Notes under the pieces: model-generated
Seen by the model: only the letters and a program-made list of their open reading frames with translations
Told to the model about the DNA's origin: nothing
Databases searched by the model: none
NCBI RefSeq assembly: GCF_006345805.1
Contig: NC_043019.1
Span: 16,243,360-16,307,359 of the forward strand
DNA: 64,000 bases
Direction of reading: 5' to 3'
DNA from: Octopus sinensis
Lineage: Eukaryota
Shown here: positions 39,555 to 53,028 of the stretch, one piece after another
Layout of the letters: every line of letters starts with the position of its first letter
Numbering within the stretch: the first letter of the stretch is position 1
Made by a program: the position numbers and the translations under genes

Positions 39555-39786
39555 TCTTTTACTCTCTTTTTACTTGTTTCAGTCATTTGACTGCGGCCAT
39601 GCTGGAGCACCGCCTTTAATCGAGCAACTCAACCCGGGACTTAATCTTTGTAAGCCCAGTACTTATTTCTATCGGCCCTTTTGCCGAACCGCTAAGTAAA
39701 CGGGGACATAAACACACCAGCATCGGTTGTCAAGCAATGCTAGGGGGGACAAACACACACACGCATATATATATAATATATGTATA

Positions 39787-39835
<49 letters not shown>

Positions 39836-40048
39836 TATATATTATATATATATATATATATATATTATAATATATACATATATACAACGGGCTTCTTTAA
39901 GTTCCGTCTACCAAATGCACTCACAAGGCATTGGTCGGCCCGAGGCTATAGTAAAGAAGACACTTGCCCAAGGTGCCACGCAGTGGGACTGAACCCGGAC
40001 CATGTGGTTGGTTAAACAAGCTACTTACCACACAGCCACGCCTGCGCC
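39555..40048 (-). mobile_element. SINE family A, full length
   Basis: Head, core, expanded internal (TA)n and tail all match 9545-9963; (TA)n flanks. Confidence 0.92.
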
Positions 40049-40472
40049 TATATTATATATATATATATATATATATAATAATATATATATATGTGTGTGT
40101 ATGTATGTATGTATGTATGTATGTATGTATTGTATGTATGTATGTATGATGTACGTAGTAGTATGTTTGTATGTATGTATATGTGTGTGTGTGTGTATGT
40201 ATGTATGTCTTGTATGTTGTATGTATGTATATGTGTGTGTGTGTATGTATGTACGTACGTATGTATGTATGCTGTATGTATGTATGTGTGTATGTATGTA
40301 CGTACGTATGTATGTTTGTATGTATGTATATGTGTGTGTATGTATGTTTGTATGTATATAATGAGTTTATGATGAAGGAGTACAGAGATTCATGCCTAGT
40401 TTTATTCAGCAGTTAATTACTTCTTTTCATTTCTGCAATTATTCCCTACGTATTATGTGTATGTGTGTGTGT

Positions 40473-40523
<51 letters not shown>

Positions 40524-41479
40524 GTAATGCACGAAAAAAATGTCAAAACGCAAAAATGCAGTTTTAGAGAATCTCTTGGCGTGGATATTTTTATTTCCAT
40601 TTTGAAATTGTCCCGGTCCTTTTCTTACGATTCTCCGCTGAAATCGCTCTGACTTTGTTTCAATTAATTGAGAAATTAATGAAGATTTTAGACAAATAAC
40701 GTTGCCATTGTTTATAAAAATAAAAGAAATAATACTGAAATTACGGTGTCTGGTGCTCAGGTGCATTGCAACTCGTCAAAGGTGCACGTGCAGGTGAGTT
40801 GTGGTGCAGCTGGTGTCCGGAACATAATTTTGATGGGAGGTTTTCATTTCACTTTTAAGACTGGAAGTTTGTGTTGTAGAACCAGGGTGGGTGGTCGCGG
40901 GTGGGTTGCTATCAAAATGGATAAATATGATTGTTTTGGTTTCGTTTGTCGCTTTTATCTTTTTAACTTTGTCCGTTTTAATTTTAACCTCGTCCATAGG
41001 TATTTCAGAGAAATGTGACATGGGGCGAATATCAAATGAAACTGGAAGGGATTAAATCGCTAAAGAATCGACTTTGAACAAAAACTGGAGAACTTAAAAT
41101 GAAAAAAGAAAAATGGCCGCATTTGATAGAACAAAGATCCATTTTAGTTAGTTGTTTCGAAGTTTTAGGCAAGAAAAGATCCTTAAGTGTAAGTTACTTA
41201 AATAGTGGAGGCTAATGTTCAGATATTTTGGGGTTAGTTTGTGTCCAAATCTCGAATCTTCCCTCGGTGCTATGTGCTGATATCCCGTGTATATCTAATT
41301 GATGTAATTTTATTTTTAAAAGAAAACTGGAAAATGAATTTAATGAAATATCCACTAGGAAAACTCGACTGAAGCCAGAGAAGTTATTCTCTCTACTTTT
41401 CTAGTAATGGCATTTCTCCGTTGGAAAAACACGTAGAAAACTATGAGTCGTTGAAAACCGTTTTCATACCTTCAGATTT

Positions 41480-42170
41480 TGAATTTTCTTATCTCGAAGA
41501 TTGGAGCAAATAACCGATTATACCAGGGGAAATGGAAACCACATAGAATAGTCCTTCAAGCAAAGACGGTACCAACTGTTTGTACGGGGTTGTTTCCACC
41601 ATTGATCGGAATATCCACAAGGTTACAGGAAGATTTGACGAACTTTGTTTCAAATAAGCGTCATAATTCTAGAGAATCAAGTTCATTAAAAATTATAAAA
41701 CAGCAGACATCCAAATCATCATGTGTTCTGCTAAAGCAAATAACAGAAAATGCCATTTAGTTTGAATTCTTCTGAAGAGAAACGAAAGGAAGAAAACATA
41801 TGATTACGGCAGACCATAATAAAGACAGTTTTGAGTGTAGAAGGAAAAGTCGTGCATTAAGATGACCTCGAGAGGATAAAGAGCATGGCCATAGCGATAC
41901 CAGTAATTTGGGGGATTCCTTTCAATACCGCATTAACCGTGAAACCCAGAATTAAAATATTATTTGGATACTGCTTTTAAAAGTACTGCAAACGAATCCA
42001 AAACTATTCAAAGTGAAATCACTGATATTCTTGGAAGCCATGTTGCGTTTGTAGTGTAAATCAAAGAATTTGAAAGTTGGTTTAGAAATGTATCAAAGAA
42101 AGAACAACTTTTTGGGACTTTATGTTGCTTGAAGGTGTCTGATGTCTTCTGAAGGATAAACTACTGGAAC
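41480..42170 (+). mobile_element. hAT-family (DUF4371/ZMYM-like) transposase relic
   Basis: SKTIQSEITDILGSHV...VSKKEQL matches S..IQNE.I..L...DVSKKEQL; upstream GHSDTSNLGDSF is similar to GHDE..N.GNF. Confidence 0.5.
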
Positions 42171-42539
42171 TTGTTACCCCACCCACCACTTGCACATCAA
42201 AGCAGAGGTGGGGTAGGGCTGTGACGGGACTGGAAATAGGATTGGTAAAGTGAAAGGAGTTGGACAGCTTATCCCGAAAGAGAGTTCGAGATGTTTCGAG
42301 CTAGATTAGATGATTTTCATTTTTTTTTTTTTTCAGAAACAGCTTGATGCATTAGTGAAGAGTCAACGGCGTTGGAGAGCATGAACATTGAAGTTGTAAT
42401 TGAGAACAAGTTAGCTGATATGGAAGATTGGAAGCCTGGAAAAGGTTACCTGTATCATGAGGATTCTCATCGGGTGTCAAAACTGCTGTTTAATGCTCTG
42501 TGGACTCTATAAAGGTAGAAAGACGTGACATGGACAGCT

Positions 42540-42950
42540 ACAAGGAAGCCAGCCCCTTTGAACAGGGCTTTAGGTTCAATTCAGACATCTATGTGAAGCT
42601 GCTGGAGACTGCGTTGAATCCCTGCCTGGAAGCGGTTGCTGCTGCAAGGCCATATGTGTGGCAGCAGGATTCGGTTCCTTGCCATGCCTTCCGAAAAAGT
42701 CTGAAGTGATTGTCGGAGAATTTCTATGACTTCTACCCCAATTTCTGGCTTCCTGTTTCTCTCGATTCTAATCCCGTGGATAACTATGTGTGGGGCCGGA
42801 TTGAGAAAGACACCAACCGCACTCCCAGCAACACCGAGGTCAAAGGATGTGTCCGAAGGTCTTCCCAGGGACACAATGAACAACGCACACGCCAGGTTCC
42901 AGGGCCGTCTCGAGGCGATAGAGGAAGACGCCGCCCAATCATAATCCAGT
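42540..42950 (+). mobile_element. maT-like transposase 3' relic
   Basis: RFNSDIYVKLLE...YVWQQDSVPCH...SLDSNPVDNYVWG; paralogous to 8241-9435. Confidence 0.8.
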
Positions 42951-43663
42951 TGATTTTTTTTTTCAGGTTTTTAAATACTTTTATTTAGGGATTGGATGTT
43001 GTTTCTTTTTCCCCTTTATGCAAACTGTCAAATTTAGCCCGAACACTCTGTGTGTGTGTGTGTGTGTGTGTGCATGTGTGTGTGTATGTGCATGTGCGTG
43101 TGTGTGTGTACGTATGTTTATGTGTGTGTGTGTGTGTGCATGTATGTATTTGTACACGTGTATGTGTGCATGTTTATGCGTGTGTGCGTGTATGTGTGTG
43201 TTTGAGTACGTGTGAGTATATGTGTGTGTGCGTGCACGTGTATGTCTATGTGTGTATGTATGTTTATGTGTATGTATGGTTATGTGTGTGCATGTACGTG
43301 TTTGTGCACGTGTGCGTGTGTATAAATTACCCAAATTGAAGGAATGGGACGGGTCAAATTCCAGCTACATATGTTTCTAAGCAATTCATCATTGTCGTCT
43401 GGGTATCGCAAGTTAATTCACCACAGATGTGAATGCCAACGCCAGCTGGGTGGTGTCATTTGATGGCTAAAACAATGCAGAAAAGCGCATTGTGACCAGC
43501 GATGTGTAACAACATCTGATAGCCTGGTCGGTCACGTGATCACAGGGATATATTATCCGAGTGGATACGGTATTAGCTCTCAGTTAAGCTCTAGTTAACG
43601 ACTAACCCCAAAGATCAGTATTTATCGTCTGTGACTACAATTTGTTGCAAAGTGCTCTTTCTT

Positions 43664-43706
<43 letters not shown>

Positions 43707-43738
43707 CTACTCTCTCCCACTCTCTCTCTCTCTTCGAT

Positions 43739-45314
43739 TTACAGGATCATGCTCAAAGTGGTTTCGTCGCTCGCACGCACCATCTTTGCTACATTCACCC
43801 ATCTTTTTTTGAAACTTTCACGAGACAAAACCTGCCTTTCCATTCTCACCTTCCTTTTCAAGTGGTACTTGAAAAAGTTGACGAGCGATTGGCCAGAGAG
43901 GTAAGTGTTTGTCTCTAATCCTTTCGTTCGGGTCCACCACACACATTCTTTCAACATGGCCACCAGTACGATGAAGACTGCCTTGCCTTCCCGGTTGAAG
44001 GAAGGTGGCAGAACACTGTCAGGCCTGGGATCTTTTGTGATTGTCCATAGGTCCCGGCTCCTGAACAGGCGGGTCAATTATTCCTCGTCGACGCCCAGAT
44101 TCTGCCCAAGAACGTCGTCGCATCTCCCCTCCACTAATCCCCTGTAGAACGCCTTTGTTGTAATGAAGTCGCACAAGTTTGATCCCGGACGGCAGAGTTG
44201 CTTGAGAATAACGCGACACTCGCGGTGCCATTCGCCTAGCCTCGGTCTCTGTTTGATCCACGAGTGTAGTTCCGCCAAGGAGACGAGCTGCGGCAAAGTG
44301 CGCCGTACAAACGGTGACCACACCTTGTTCACCGTCGTCTATGAAGCGCCGGAGATGTGGCAGTTTCAGCGCATGTCTGCGCATCATCACGGCATGCCTA
44401 GCCCCCCATTTAGCGGGTGTTGACAGCAAATGGATCGCATAACCATCGGAACGCTTCCTTTCCACAGAAAGCGGAAGAGTATGCGTTTCAGTTTGGTGAT
44501 GGTAGGGTCGGGACAAGGCACGACGGTCAGACGGTACTCGATAGCGAACGCGATGTATGCGTTCACCACCTCCGCCCGACCTTTTAGGGATAGCCTCCTC
44601 TCGGCCCATTGCTGGGTGAGAGTGACCACCCTAGTCGTTATTTCGCCCCAGTTCTTGTCCATTTGGAGGTCCGGACCGAACCAGACTCCGAGCAATTTAA
44701 CCGGTCCGTCGGTCCAGCGTCCCACGATGGATGGAGATGCTATTGGGCGGCATGGGCTTGTTTCTCCAAGTGCCTGAGTCGCAAGCCCACTGACTTTTCC
44801 CGGTTAATTTTTGCTCCCGTTACCGCTTCATATTCTTTTAGTGTCTCACCGACCACGTCGATGTGCTTGTGGCTCGACACTATGACGGTGACGTCGTCCG
44901 CGTATGCAGACACGCTCTTCCCGCATCCCAGCTTTCGTGGGATGCCCCTCAGCGTCACCAGCTTCCGCAGTAGTGGCTCAAGAGTCAATTCATACAGAGG
45001 CGACAAGAGGGGGCATCCTTGACGAAACGAACTCATGATGTTAAATGGTCCGGATAGATGACCATTTACGCGAACTTCCGAGTGGATGCCGCTGTATAAG
45101 GCAGCGATCCAACCGCGGAAGATGGGACCGAAACCAGACGTTTTAAGGACAGCCTCCAAGTAGTGATGGTCTACTCTATCGAAAGCTTTTGATTGATCCA
45201 AATTGATCAGTGCCCCACCCCTGCCAGGGTCCTTAACTACCCTGTCTATGATGTAGCGCATCAAATGGATGTTGTCATGGATACTCCTACCCTGCACGGC
45301 GCATGTTTGCGCCT

Positions 45315-45315
<1 letters not shown>
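43739..45315 (-). mobile_element. Tx1-clade (L1 group) LINE, 5'-truncated, RT core to ORF2 C-terminus
   Basis: [37 protein letters not shown]; internal deletion of the CCHC region; ORF stop at 43739; frameshifts. Confidence 0.93.
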
Positions 45316-45378
<63 letters not shown>

Positions 45379-45383
45379 CAGAC

Positions 45384-45462
<79 letters not shown>

Positions 45463-45493
45463 GAGATAGATAGATAGATAGACAGACAGATAG

Positions 45494-45553
<60 letters not shown>
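45315..45553. repeat. (GATA)n(GA)n microsatellite
   Basis: Direct reading. Confidence 0.95.
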
Positions 45554-45557
<4 letters not shown>

Positions 45558-45747
45558 ACATACATATGTATACATGATTAGTTGGTTGGCATTACTCTGT
45601 AAGGAAGCCAGGGCCAATTCACTGTTACGTCTTCCTCCCCAGTCCAGGAATCGAAACTACAATCTTACGATCCTGAATCCAACACCTTAACCAGAAAGCC
45701 ATGCACCTACACACCTGCACACTCACTTATCTCAATTTCTCTCCCTC

Positions 45748-45788
<41 letters not shown>

Positions 45789-45794
45789 ATATAG

Positions 45795-45826
<32 letters not shown>

Positions 45827-47153
45827 TGTGTGTGTGTGCGAATGTATGTGTATGTGTGTATGTATGCTTGTGTGTGTGTGTGTGTGTGTTTGGGTAAGTT
45901 TTGCTGCATATGCTGTTGTTTAGTTCTAAGTAATCTAAAAGATCACAGACAGTCCAGCCGTGATCATGCAGCCTTTTTAAAATACATCGATGACGACATT
46001 ACGTAATGTGTTCGCTGTATATTTCGTTGAGGTTGTTTAGGATTCTGTAGTGTTGTGCGTGTGTGTGTGCGTGTGTTTGTAGTTGGTTGTTTGTGTGTGA
46101 GTGGGTGTATGGATGTATGTGTGGAGTGAGTAATGTCCTGTTTATCTTCGAGTTTATTTTGTGTGTGTGTTTGTGTAAGGAAAGGAGATGAGGAGAGTGA
46201 AGGGGAAGTGAAGTGTTTTGCCTATTTTCAAGTCTATATTGTGCGTGTGTATGTGTGAGTATGACTGTGTGTGTATGTGTTTGTGTGTGCGTATATGTGT
46301 GTGTATGTGTTTGTGTTTGCTGTGTGTGTGTATGTGCTTGTGCGTGTATGTGTTTGTGTGTGTGTGCATGTGTATGCGCGTGTGTATGCGTGTGTATGCA
46401 TGTGCATGTGTGTGTATGTGGGTGCATGTGTTTGTGTGTATGTGTGTGTGTTTCTATAAATGTGTGTGTGTGGGGGGAGGGTACGTGTACATGTGATGTC
46501 ATGCAATATTGTATAGGTCAAAGTGTGTCATGTTGTATGTTTGTGTTTTGTGTAATTGTGTAATAATACTGCAAGTGTATGTGTGCGTGTACTTGTGTGT
46601 TTGTATGTATGTGTGTAAGAGTGTACTGTGTATGTGTGCACGTGTGCGCGCATATATATATATATATATATCTATTAATATATATATATATATCTGTAGT
46701 TGGGTATGAATGTGGTGAACTGCGATTGGTCGAAAAACTTGTTACGTCATCAATATATTCAACGAATTGATTTAGTTTCGCAAGAACGTTAAAAAAAAGG
46801 TTATAAAGTCATTCGAGAAGAGGGTAGGGGGTGAAAGCAATAAACAAACAAACAAACAAATAGAAATGATGAAAAGAGGCAATAAAATGGAAGAGCAAGA
46901 GGGGGAGGGGGCATTAGACAATGAAAACCTGGAAAGTGAAAGTAAAAGTAGAAGAAGAAGAAGGAAAAAGAAGAGGTGGGTGAATGATGAGGAAAGGGTA
47001 TAGTATGCGAGTCTTCTATCCGGGTACATGAGCGCGTGGGTGTATGGGTGCATATGAGTGTGTGAGAGTGTGTGAGAGTGTGTGTGTATGTGTGTATGTG
47101 TGTTTGTGTGTGTGTGTGTGTGTGTTGTGTGTGTGTGTGTGTGTGTGTGTGTT

Positions 47154-47197
<44 letters not shown>

Positions 47198-47488
47198 GTG
47201 GGCGAGTGTATTTATAAAGTAGCTGTGGAAGAAGTGATTGCGGAGTTTGAATGCATTTATAACTGAGACGGACAGACAGACAGACGAACAAACAGAAAGC
47301 TTATTAAAGAGCACGCGGTGTCTGGTAAGTATGTTGGGAAAAGAGCATGAGTGAGAGAGAGAGAGAGAGAGGGAGAGAGAGAGAGGGAGGGAGAGAGACA
47401 GCGAAAGAGGAAAAGAGAGAGAGCATGTACTTGTTATGTGAGCTGTATGCAAATATATAGGAGCGAAAAACTATTCATGTAGAGTGCA

Positions 47489-47519
<31 letters not shown>

Positions 47520-47582
47520 AGGGGGAGAGTAAATGAGTAAGGGAGGGACGGAGAGAGAGGAAGCGACGAGGGAGGGAAGGAG

Positions 47583-47770
47583 TGTGCTGTTAGTCATGAA
47601 GGGCCTCTCCCTCAGAGGGAGAGGCAGATTGTACGATGCCTGAGTACGAACAGCTGTGCTGCATGGCAGTGAAACGTGGTCTGTGACTTCTGAGGATATG
47701 CGGAGGCTGGAAAGAAATGAAGCCAGTGAGTTCCGTTGGATGCGTAATGTCAGTGTGAATATAGGACAGA
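47583..47770 (+). mobile_element. RTE-clade LINE post-RT fragment
   Basis: KGLSLRGRGRLYDA*VRTAVLHGSETWSVTSEDMRRLERNEAS..RW. Confidence 0.8.
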
Positions 47771-47954
47771 ACCATGCCTGAAAATGCTAGAGAATGTGTT
47801 TGATGTGTGCGTGAAAGACTGTGTCTGTGTGTCTGGGTGTGTGTGTGTGTGTGCGCATATGCGTGTGCGTGTGTGTGTTTACAGAGACACCTGTGAGAAA
47901 GATGAGTAGGGAGTAGGAATGCTTTATGTTGTAGGGTGGTAGGAAAGGGGAGTG

Positions 47955-48240
47955 TACGTGGCTCAGTAGCCTAGGACCTGGTACTCACGGTCACAAATCG
48001 TGGTTTCGATTCCCAGACAGGGTGGTGTGTCGTGTTCTTGAGCAAAACACTTCATCTTTCCTTGCTCCAGTACACTCGGCCGTAAATGGTTAACCCTACA
48101 TCAGACTGCTATCCGTTCTGGGGGAATGTTGGTCGGCCCGCCGACCCAGCAGGGTGGCATCATTCATAAGATTCATCTATGCTAGAAAGCGCATTGTGAC
48201 AAGCGGTGTATATCAACATCACTCTGCTCAACCGATACAG
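47955..48240 (+). mobile_element. SINE family B, diverged (tail type AAAGCGCATTGTGAC)
   Basis: TGGCTCAGTAG A-box, GTTTCGATTCC B-box and GTGTTCTTGAGCAAAACACTT core; the tail is shared with about 25965-26082 and 43440-43540. Confidence 0.75.
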
Positions 48241-48241
48241 T

Positions 48242-48280
<39 letters not shown>

Positions 48281-48352
48281 CGTGCGTGTGCGCGCACGCG
48301 CGTGTATGTAAATATATACACATACATACATGCATTCATACATACACATACA

Positions 48353-48387
<35 letters not shown>

Positions 48388-48399
48388 TCGTAATATATA

Positions 48400-48548
48400 C
48401 CAGAGGGCGCACACTCTCCTACCCTGATGTAATCTCCAGGGATACAGACATCCAGCAACGGGACCTCCGTAATGCTATGATGGACCGTGAAGTCTGGCGA
48501 CACATAGTAAATTCCATTATCTCGACCACGGTCGAACAATAATGATGA
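48400..48548 (+). mobile_element. RTE-like LINE 3' end
   Basis: SYPDVISRDTDI...AMMDREVWRHIV then stop and a short TAATGATGA tail. Confidence 0.7.
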
Positions 48549-48549
48549 G

Positions 48550-49035
48550 TATTATAGTCAGCTGCGACAAAGGCAAAGGTGATGCCTTAGACAGAAATAA
48601 TTACAGAGGAATCAGATTGTTGGACCAGGTGATGAAAGTCACAGAAAGGGTCATAGCCCAATTAATTAGGAAGGGAATTAGGGTAGATGAGATGCAGTTT
48701 GGTTTTATGCCAAGAAGAAGCACTAATGATGCTGTCTTCCTGGTGAGGCAACTGTAGAAGTAATTGGCCAAAATAAACCTCTGTATCTGGCTTTTGTTGA
48801 CATATAGAAAACCTTTGGCAAGCCGCCGCCCCCCCGCTCCCTTATTAGGTGGGCAATGCGAATGCTAGGGATAGATGAGTGGTTGGTGAGAGCTGTGCAA
48901 GCCATGTACAGGGATACTATCAGTAAGGTGAAGGTTGGCAATGGATATAACGATGAATTTAGTGTAGAAGTAGGAGTTGGCTAAGGACCAGTTCTTAGCC
49001 GCCGTTTGTTTATCATAACTCTGCAGACCATAAGA
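48550..49035 (+). mobile_element. RTE-clade RT fragment running into the assembly gap
   Basis: KGKGDALDRNNYRGIRLL...QFGFMPRRSTNDAVFLVRQL...LAFVD...VRAVQAMY. Confidence 0.88.
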
Positions 49036-49135
49036 NNNNNNNNNNNNNNNNNNNNNNNNNNNNNNNNNNNNNNNNNNNNNNNNNNNNNNNNNNNNNNNNN
49101 NNNNNNNNNNNNNNNNNNNNNNNNNNNNNNNNNNN
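49036..49135. other. Scaffold gap (100 N)
   Basis: Direct reading. Confidence 1.
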
Positions 49136-49756
49136 GGCAACGTGGGCGGGAGCAGGGGAACGATATATATATATATATATATATTTCGATTCGATTTATT
49201 ATTATTATTACTAGTATTGTTGTTATACATACATACATACATACATACATAATACATACATACATACATACATACAAGCATATGTAATGATAATAATAAG
49301 TGGATGTAAACACATGAACAAAATAAGAATAAACAAAAACAACAAAAACAAAAAACAAAATACAAATTACATGAACATATATAATCAGAAGACACAAATA
49401 TTACAGGCACCCCCCCACATACACACCCTAAATAAACATAGAAGCACATAGAGATATGCGCAAATGAAGACATACAATAGAAATACAAAATGGCTGACGG
49501 TTAGTAAGGAGAGACACAAATAAGAAAGAAGAAAACAAAGGACCACTGATGCGGTCACAGGAGTGTGACGAAAGAACTCTGGCCGAAATAAGATTAAGAT
49601 TAATGTAAAAAATAAATAACACTGAAGCAAAATAACGCCAAATATATAGTGCGTGTGTTTTTATTGGCTAAACTGGCAATATGACCATTCCGAAATATAA
49701 CAATATCTGTTTCAACACACGACTTCACATAAAAAATCTTGCACAACAAATATTTA

Positions 49757-49849
<93 letters not shown>

Positions 49850-49854
49850 ATATA

Positions 49855-49910
<56 letters not shown>

Positions 49911-49939
49911 TATATATATATAATATATATATATATATA

Positions 49940-51225
49940 TAAACACCCTAATGGGAGCCTTAACTCCCAAATTTTAGTCATTTCTTTTATGATCCAAAAC
50001 TAGGTCAAAAGTACTGAATGGATATTTATGAAAATTGGAAATTATATTCTATGCATAAGGGCCATATCCCCCATAACAATTCATATATTTTTGGTGTTGA
50101 TGAAATTTTAACCATAGATATTAGACACAAATGAAGTAATATTTATAAAATTTCATCTCCTTACAAGTTAGAAAGACTCCTCCATGGGGACTTAACACCC
50201 ACAATTTTGTCATTTTATCTAAGCAAAAACGAATTCAGTTGTGCTCTTGGAAGCTATAGGGTTACCAAGTATAAAAGTTGTGCATTATTTCTAATTCAAT
50301 GGTACAACAGTGTAACAATTTGCTTTGACATACACTTACATTGTGATTTCTGCAATGTGGTGCATAAATTGTCAAGCATCTTTGCCTCCACTGATTCAGT
50401 TGCAAAGTGTTGAGTAAAATTATTTGATTGCAGACCTCCTTTCAGTCTTTTTATTATCACTAGGTGACACATAGTCCCCAGATGGTAACATTGATTTCAA
50501 GGCCTTCCCAGATGAGTGACTGGTTATTCAAAGACATTTATAGATTGTAAATTTATTCTGTCCAGTTACGTATCAGTATAGTGCTCATTTGAAAACTCTA
50601 GAGATGACACTTTAATTTCTCCTTAGTCCTCACGTCACACAGTTGTTAATGTTGATTTCAGTTGGGTCACGCCCTTCCAATTGCTATAGATTCGTAATGC
50701 ATCTTACAGCTGTGCCTGTCACCTGGGTGGTGAGGAATCCTACAATGGAAGTGGTAGCGACTAGGATAGGGTAACTGACTGCTTATTGTGATCATTCGTC
50801 TTTTGGTTTCCTGTAGCTTTGCTCTCTTTTACAAACCCAGTGAACATATATTTCCTATTTCAAAGAAATTCAAACAATTAGTTAAAAAGATTCTCAACAA
50901 TTCAACTTCTCTGGTTGACATTAGGATGCCCACCCCCAACAGGGGCCTTAAATCTCATATTTTAGAGCTCCATGACCTTCATTTTTCAGGAGCAAAATCT
51001 TTTTAACAGGTTCAATAAGACTGGAATTTTGGAATATGCGCATAAAAATCAGTAGTATAGGATACATGTGGCACAATTAAAATTTTTTTAGGGTGTGTAA
51101 AGAGGGAAATAACCCCCATCTGCAGTCTGAAATGAAATTCGAAACATAAATATTCCAGTTCATTACAGAAAATATAACAGAAAAGTTTTGGAATGTAACC
51201 GGGCAACGCCGGGTATCTCTGCTAG
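49940..51225 (+). mobile_element. Non-autonomous Helitron; 3' end clear, 5' limit uncertain
   Basis: CCGGGCAACGCCGGG hairpin (51199-51213) then CTAG|T (51222-51226); the 5' TC is probably within the (TATC)n/(TA)n tract at about 49820-49940. Confidence 0.55.
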
Positions 51226-51243
51226 TGTATATATATATATATA

Positions 51244-51334
51244 TACGATGGGCTTCTTTCACTTTCCGTCTACCAAATCATCTCACAAGGCCTTGGTTGA
51301 CCCGAGACTATAGTAGAAGACACTTGCCCAAGGT
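51244..51334 (-). mobile_element. SINE family A fragment
   Basis: CCGTCTACCAAATC...CTATAGTAGAAGACACTTGCCCAAGG. Confidence 0.8.
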
Positions 51335-51350
51335 CCCATATATATATATA

Positions 51351-51565
51351 CAGTCATCCCTCGACTATCGCGGGTGTTATGTTCCAAATCTCCGCGATAG
51401 GTGATAATCCGCAAAATAGATACAGTACTGTATATATATATATTTTTTTTTATAACTTGTATATATTTATTTTATTATAAATGCTAAACAACACCACGGA
51501 CGAATCGATGTTGGCTTAAATAATAAACAGCGATTGGTGAACCGCGATATGGCGAAGGATCACTT
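51351..51565. mobile_element. pogo/Tigger-type MITE
   Basis: Imperfect TIRs CAGTCATCCCTCGACTATCGCGG / CCGCGATATGGCGAAGGATCACTT with TA flanks. Confidence 0.8.
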
Positions 51566-52402
51566 TATACATATTTGTGTGAGTGTGAGTGTGTGTATTT
51601 CTGCGTGTGTGTGTGTATTTCTGCGTGTGTGTATGCAACTAATTATGAAATGTAGCATTTGTGGAGAACAGTAAGATGTTGTCTACCCATTGTGAGATTC
51701 TCCACTTTCAAGTTAACAGGTCGGAGGGAAGGCCATGGCCGACACTGGAAGTTACAGTCCCTTCAGAATTGATTGGCTGTATAGCCACACAGACACGTGC
51801 GTGCACACACACACTCATACACATACACTCATACACACACACACTCTTACACACACACACTCACACACTCTCACGCTCACACACGCGCGCGCGCGGTTAG
51901 ATGGTGCAAACAAGAAAATAGGACCCAAAGCATGAGGATATGGTTTTTAATAATCGCCAGAAGTTACGACGTGACTCATATCATGCTGATCTCATATCAA
52001 GATAAACGGAGCATGACCTTGCAGGTGGGGCCCAGTTAGAATTTTCTTCAGGTCGAGTAGCCCATCCCACTCAAAAGGTCCCTGAATAAGGGTTGTTAAG
52101 GATATGAAAGAACCACCCTGTTTCCAGAGGTGAATTATTCAAACCCCAAAGAATCCCTCTCAACACATGGCCATGATGCTCCCCCACTACTTCTGCTCGT
52201 GATCAGAGATGCACATATCGTCAGCCACTAAGGGACATGCTCAACTGGTTAGGTCAAACAACTGACAAGCAAATCTGTGGTATTGAGCAGAATATTTGCT
52301 GTAGCCCATCTTTTATACCAAGACAAAACAATGTACATGATAACACTTCCATCAGTTAAGATCAGAAGCCATGAGAGCCACTGCCTGGTACTGCATCAGG
52401 GC

Positions 52403-52472
<70 letters not shown>

Positions 52473-52480
52473 CATTATTA

Positions 52481-52890
52481 TACTCTTTTACTCTTTTACT
52501 TGTTTCAGTCATTTGACTGCGGCCATGCTGGAGCACCGCGTTTAGTCGAGCAAATCGACCCCGGGACTTATTCTTTGTAAGCTCAGTACTTATTCTATCG
52601 GTCTCTTTTGCCGAACCGCTAAGTGACGGGGACGTAAACACACCAGCATCGGTTGTCAAGCAATGCTAGGGGGACAAACACAGACACTAACACATACACA
52701 CACATATATTTATATATATACATATATACGACAGGCTTCTTTCGTTTCCGTCTACCAAATCCACTCACAAGGCATTGGTCGGCCTGGGGCTATAGCAGGA
52801 GACACTTGCCCAAGATGCGACGCAGTGGGACTGGACCCGGAACCATGTGGTTGGTTAGCAAGCTACTTACCACACAGCCACTCCTGCGCC
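52481..52890 (-). mobile_element. SINE family A, full length
   Basis: Near-consensus copy inserted between (TTA)n and (TCA)n tracts. Confidence 0.93.
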
Positions 52891-52963
52891 TATTATCATT
52901 ATTATTATCATTATTATCATCATCATCATCATCATCATCATCACCACCATCATCATCATCATC

Positions 52964-53028
<65 letters not shown>

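Noticed and set aside
43650-45553. Tx1 copy bracketed by inverted (CT)n and (AG)n tracts as a fold-back element
   Set aside because: Both repeats are common here, and the opposite polarity does not fit a single target-site insertion; likely coincidence.
52020-52405. GC-balanced 390-bp island beside (TTA)n
   Set aside because: It looks like a dispersed repeat, but there is one copy in the window and no diagnostic termini or ORF.
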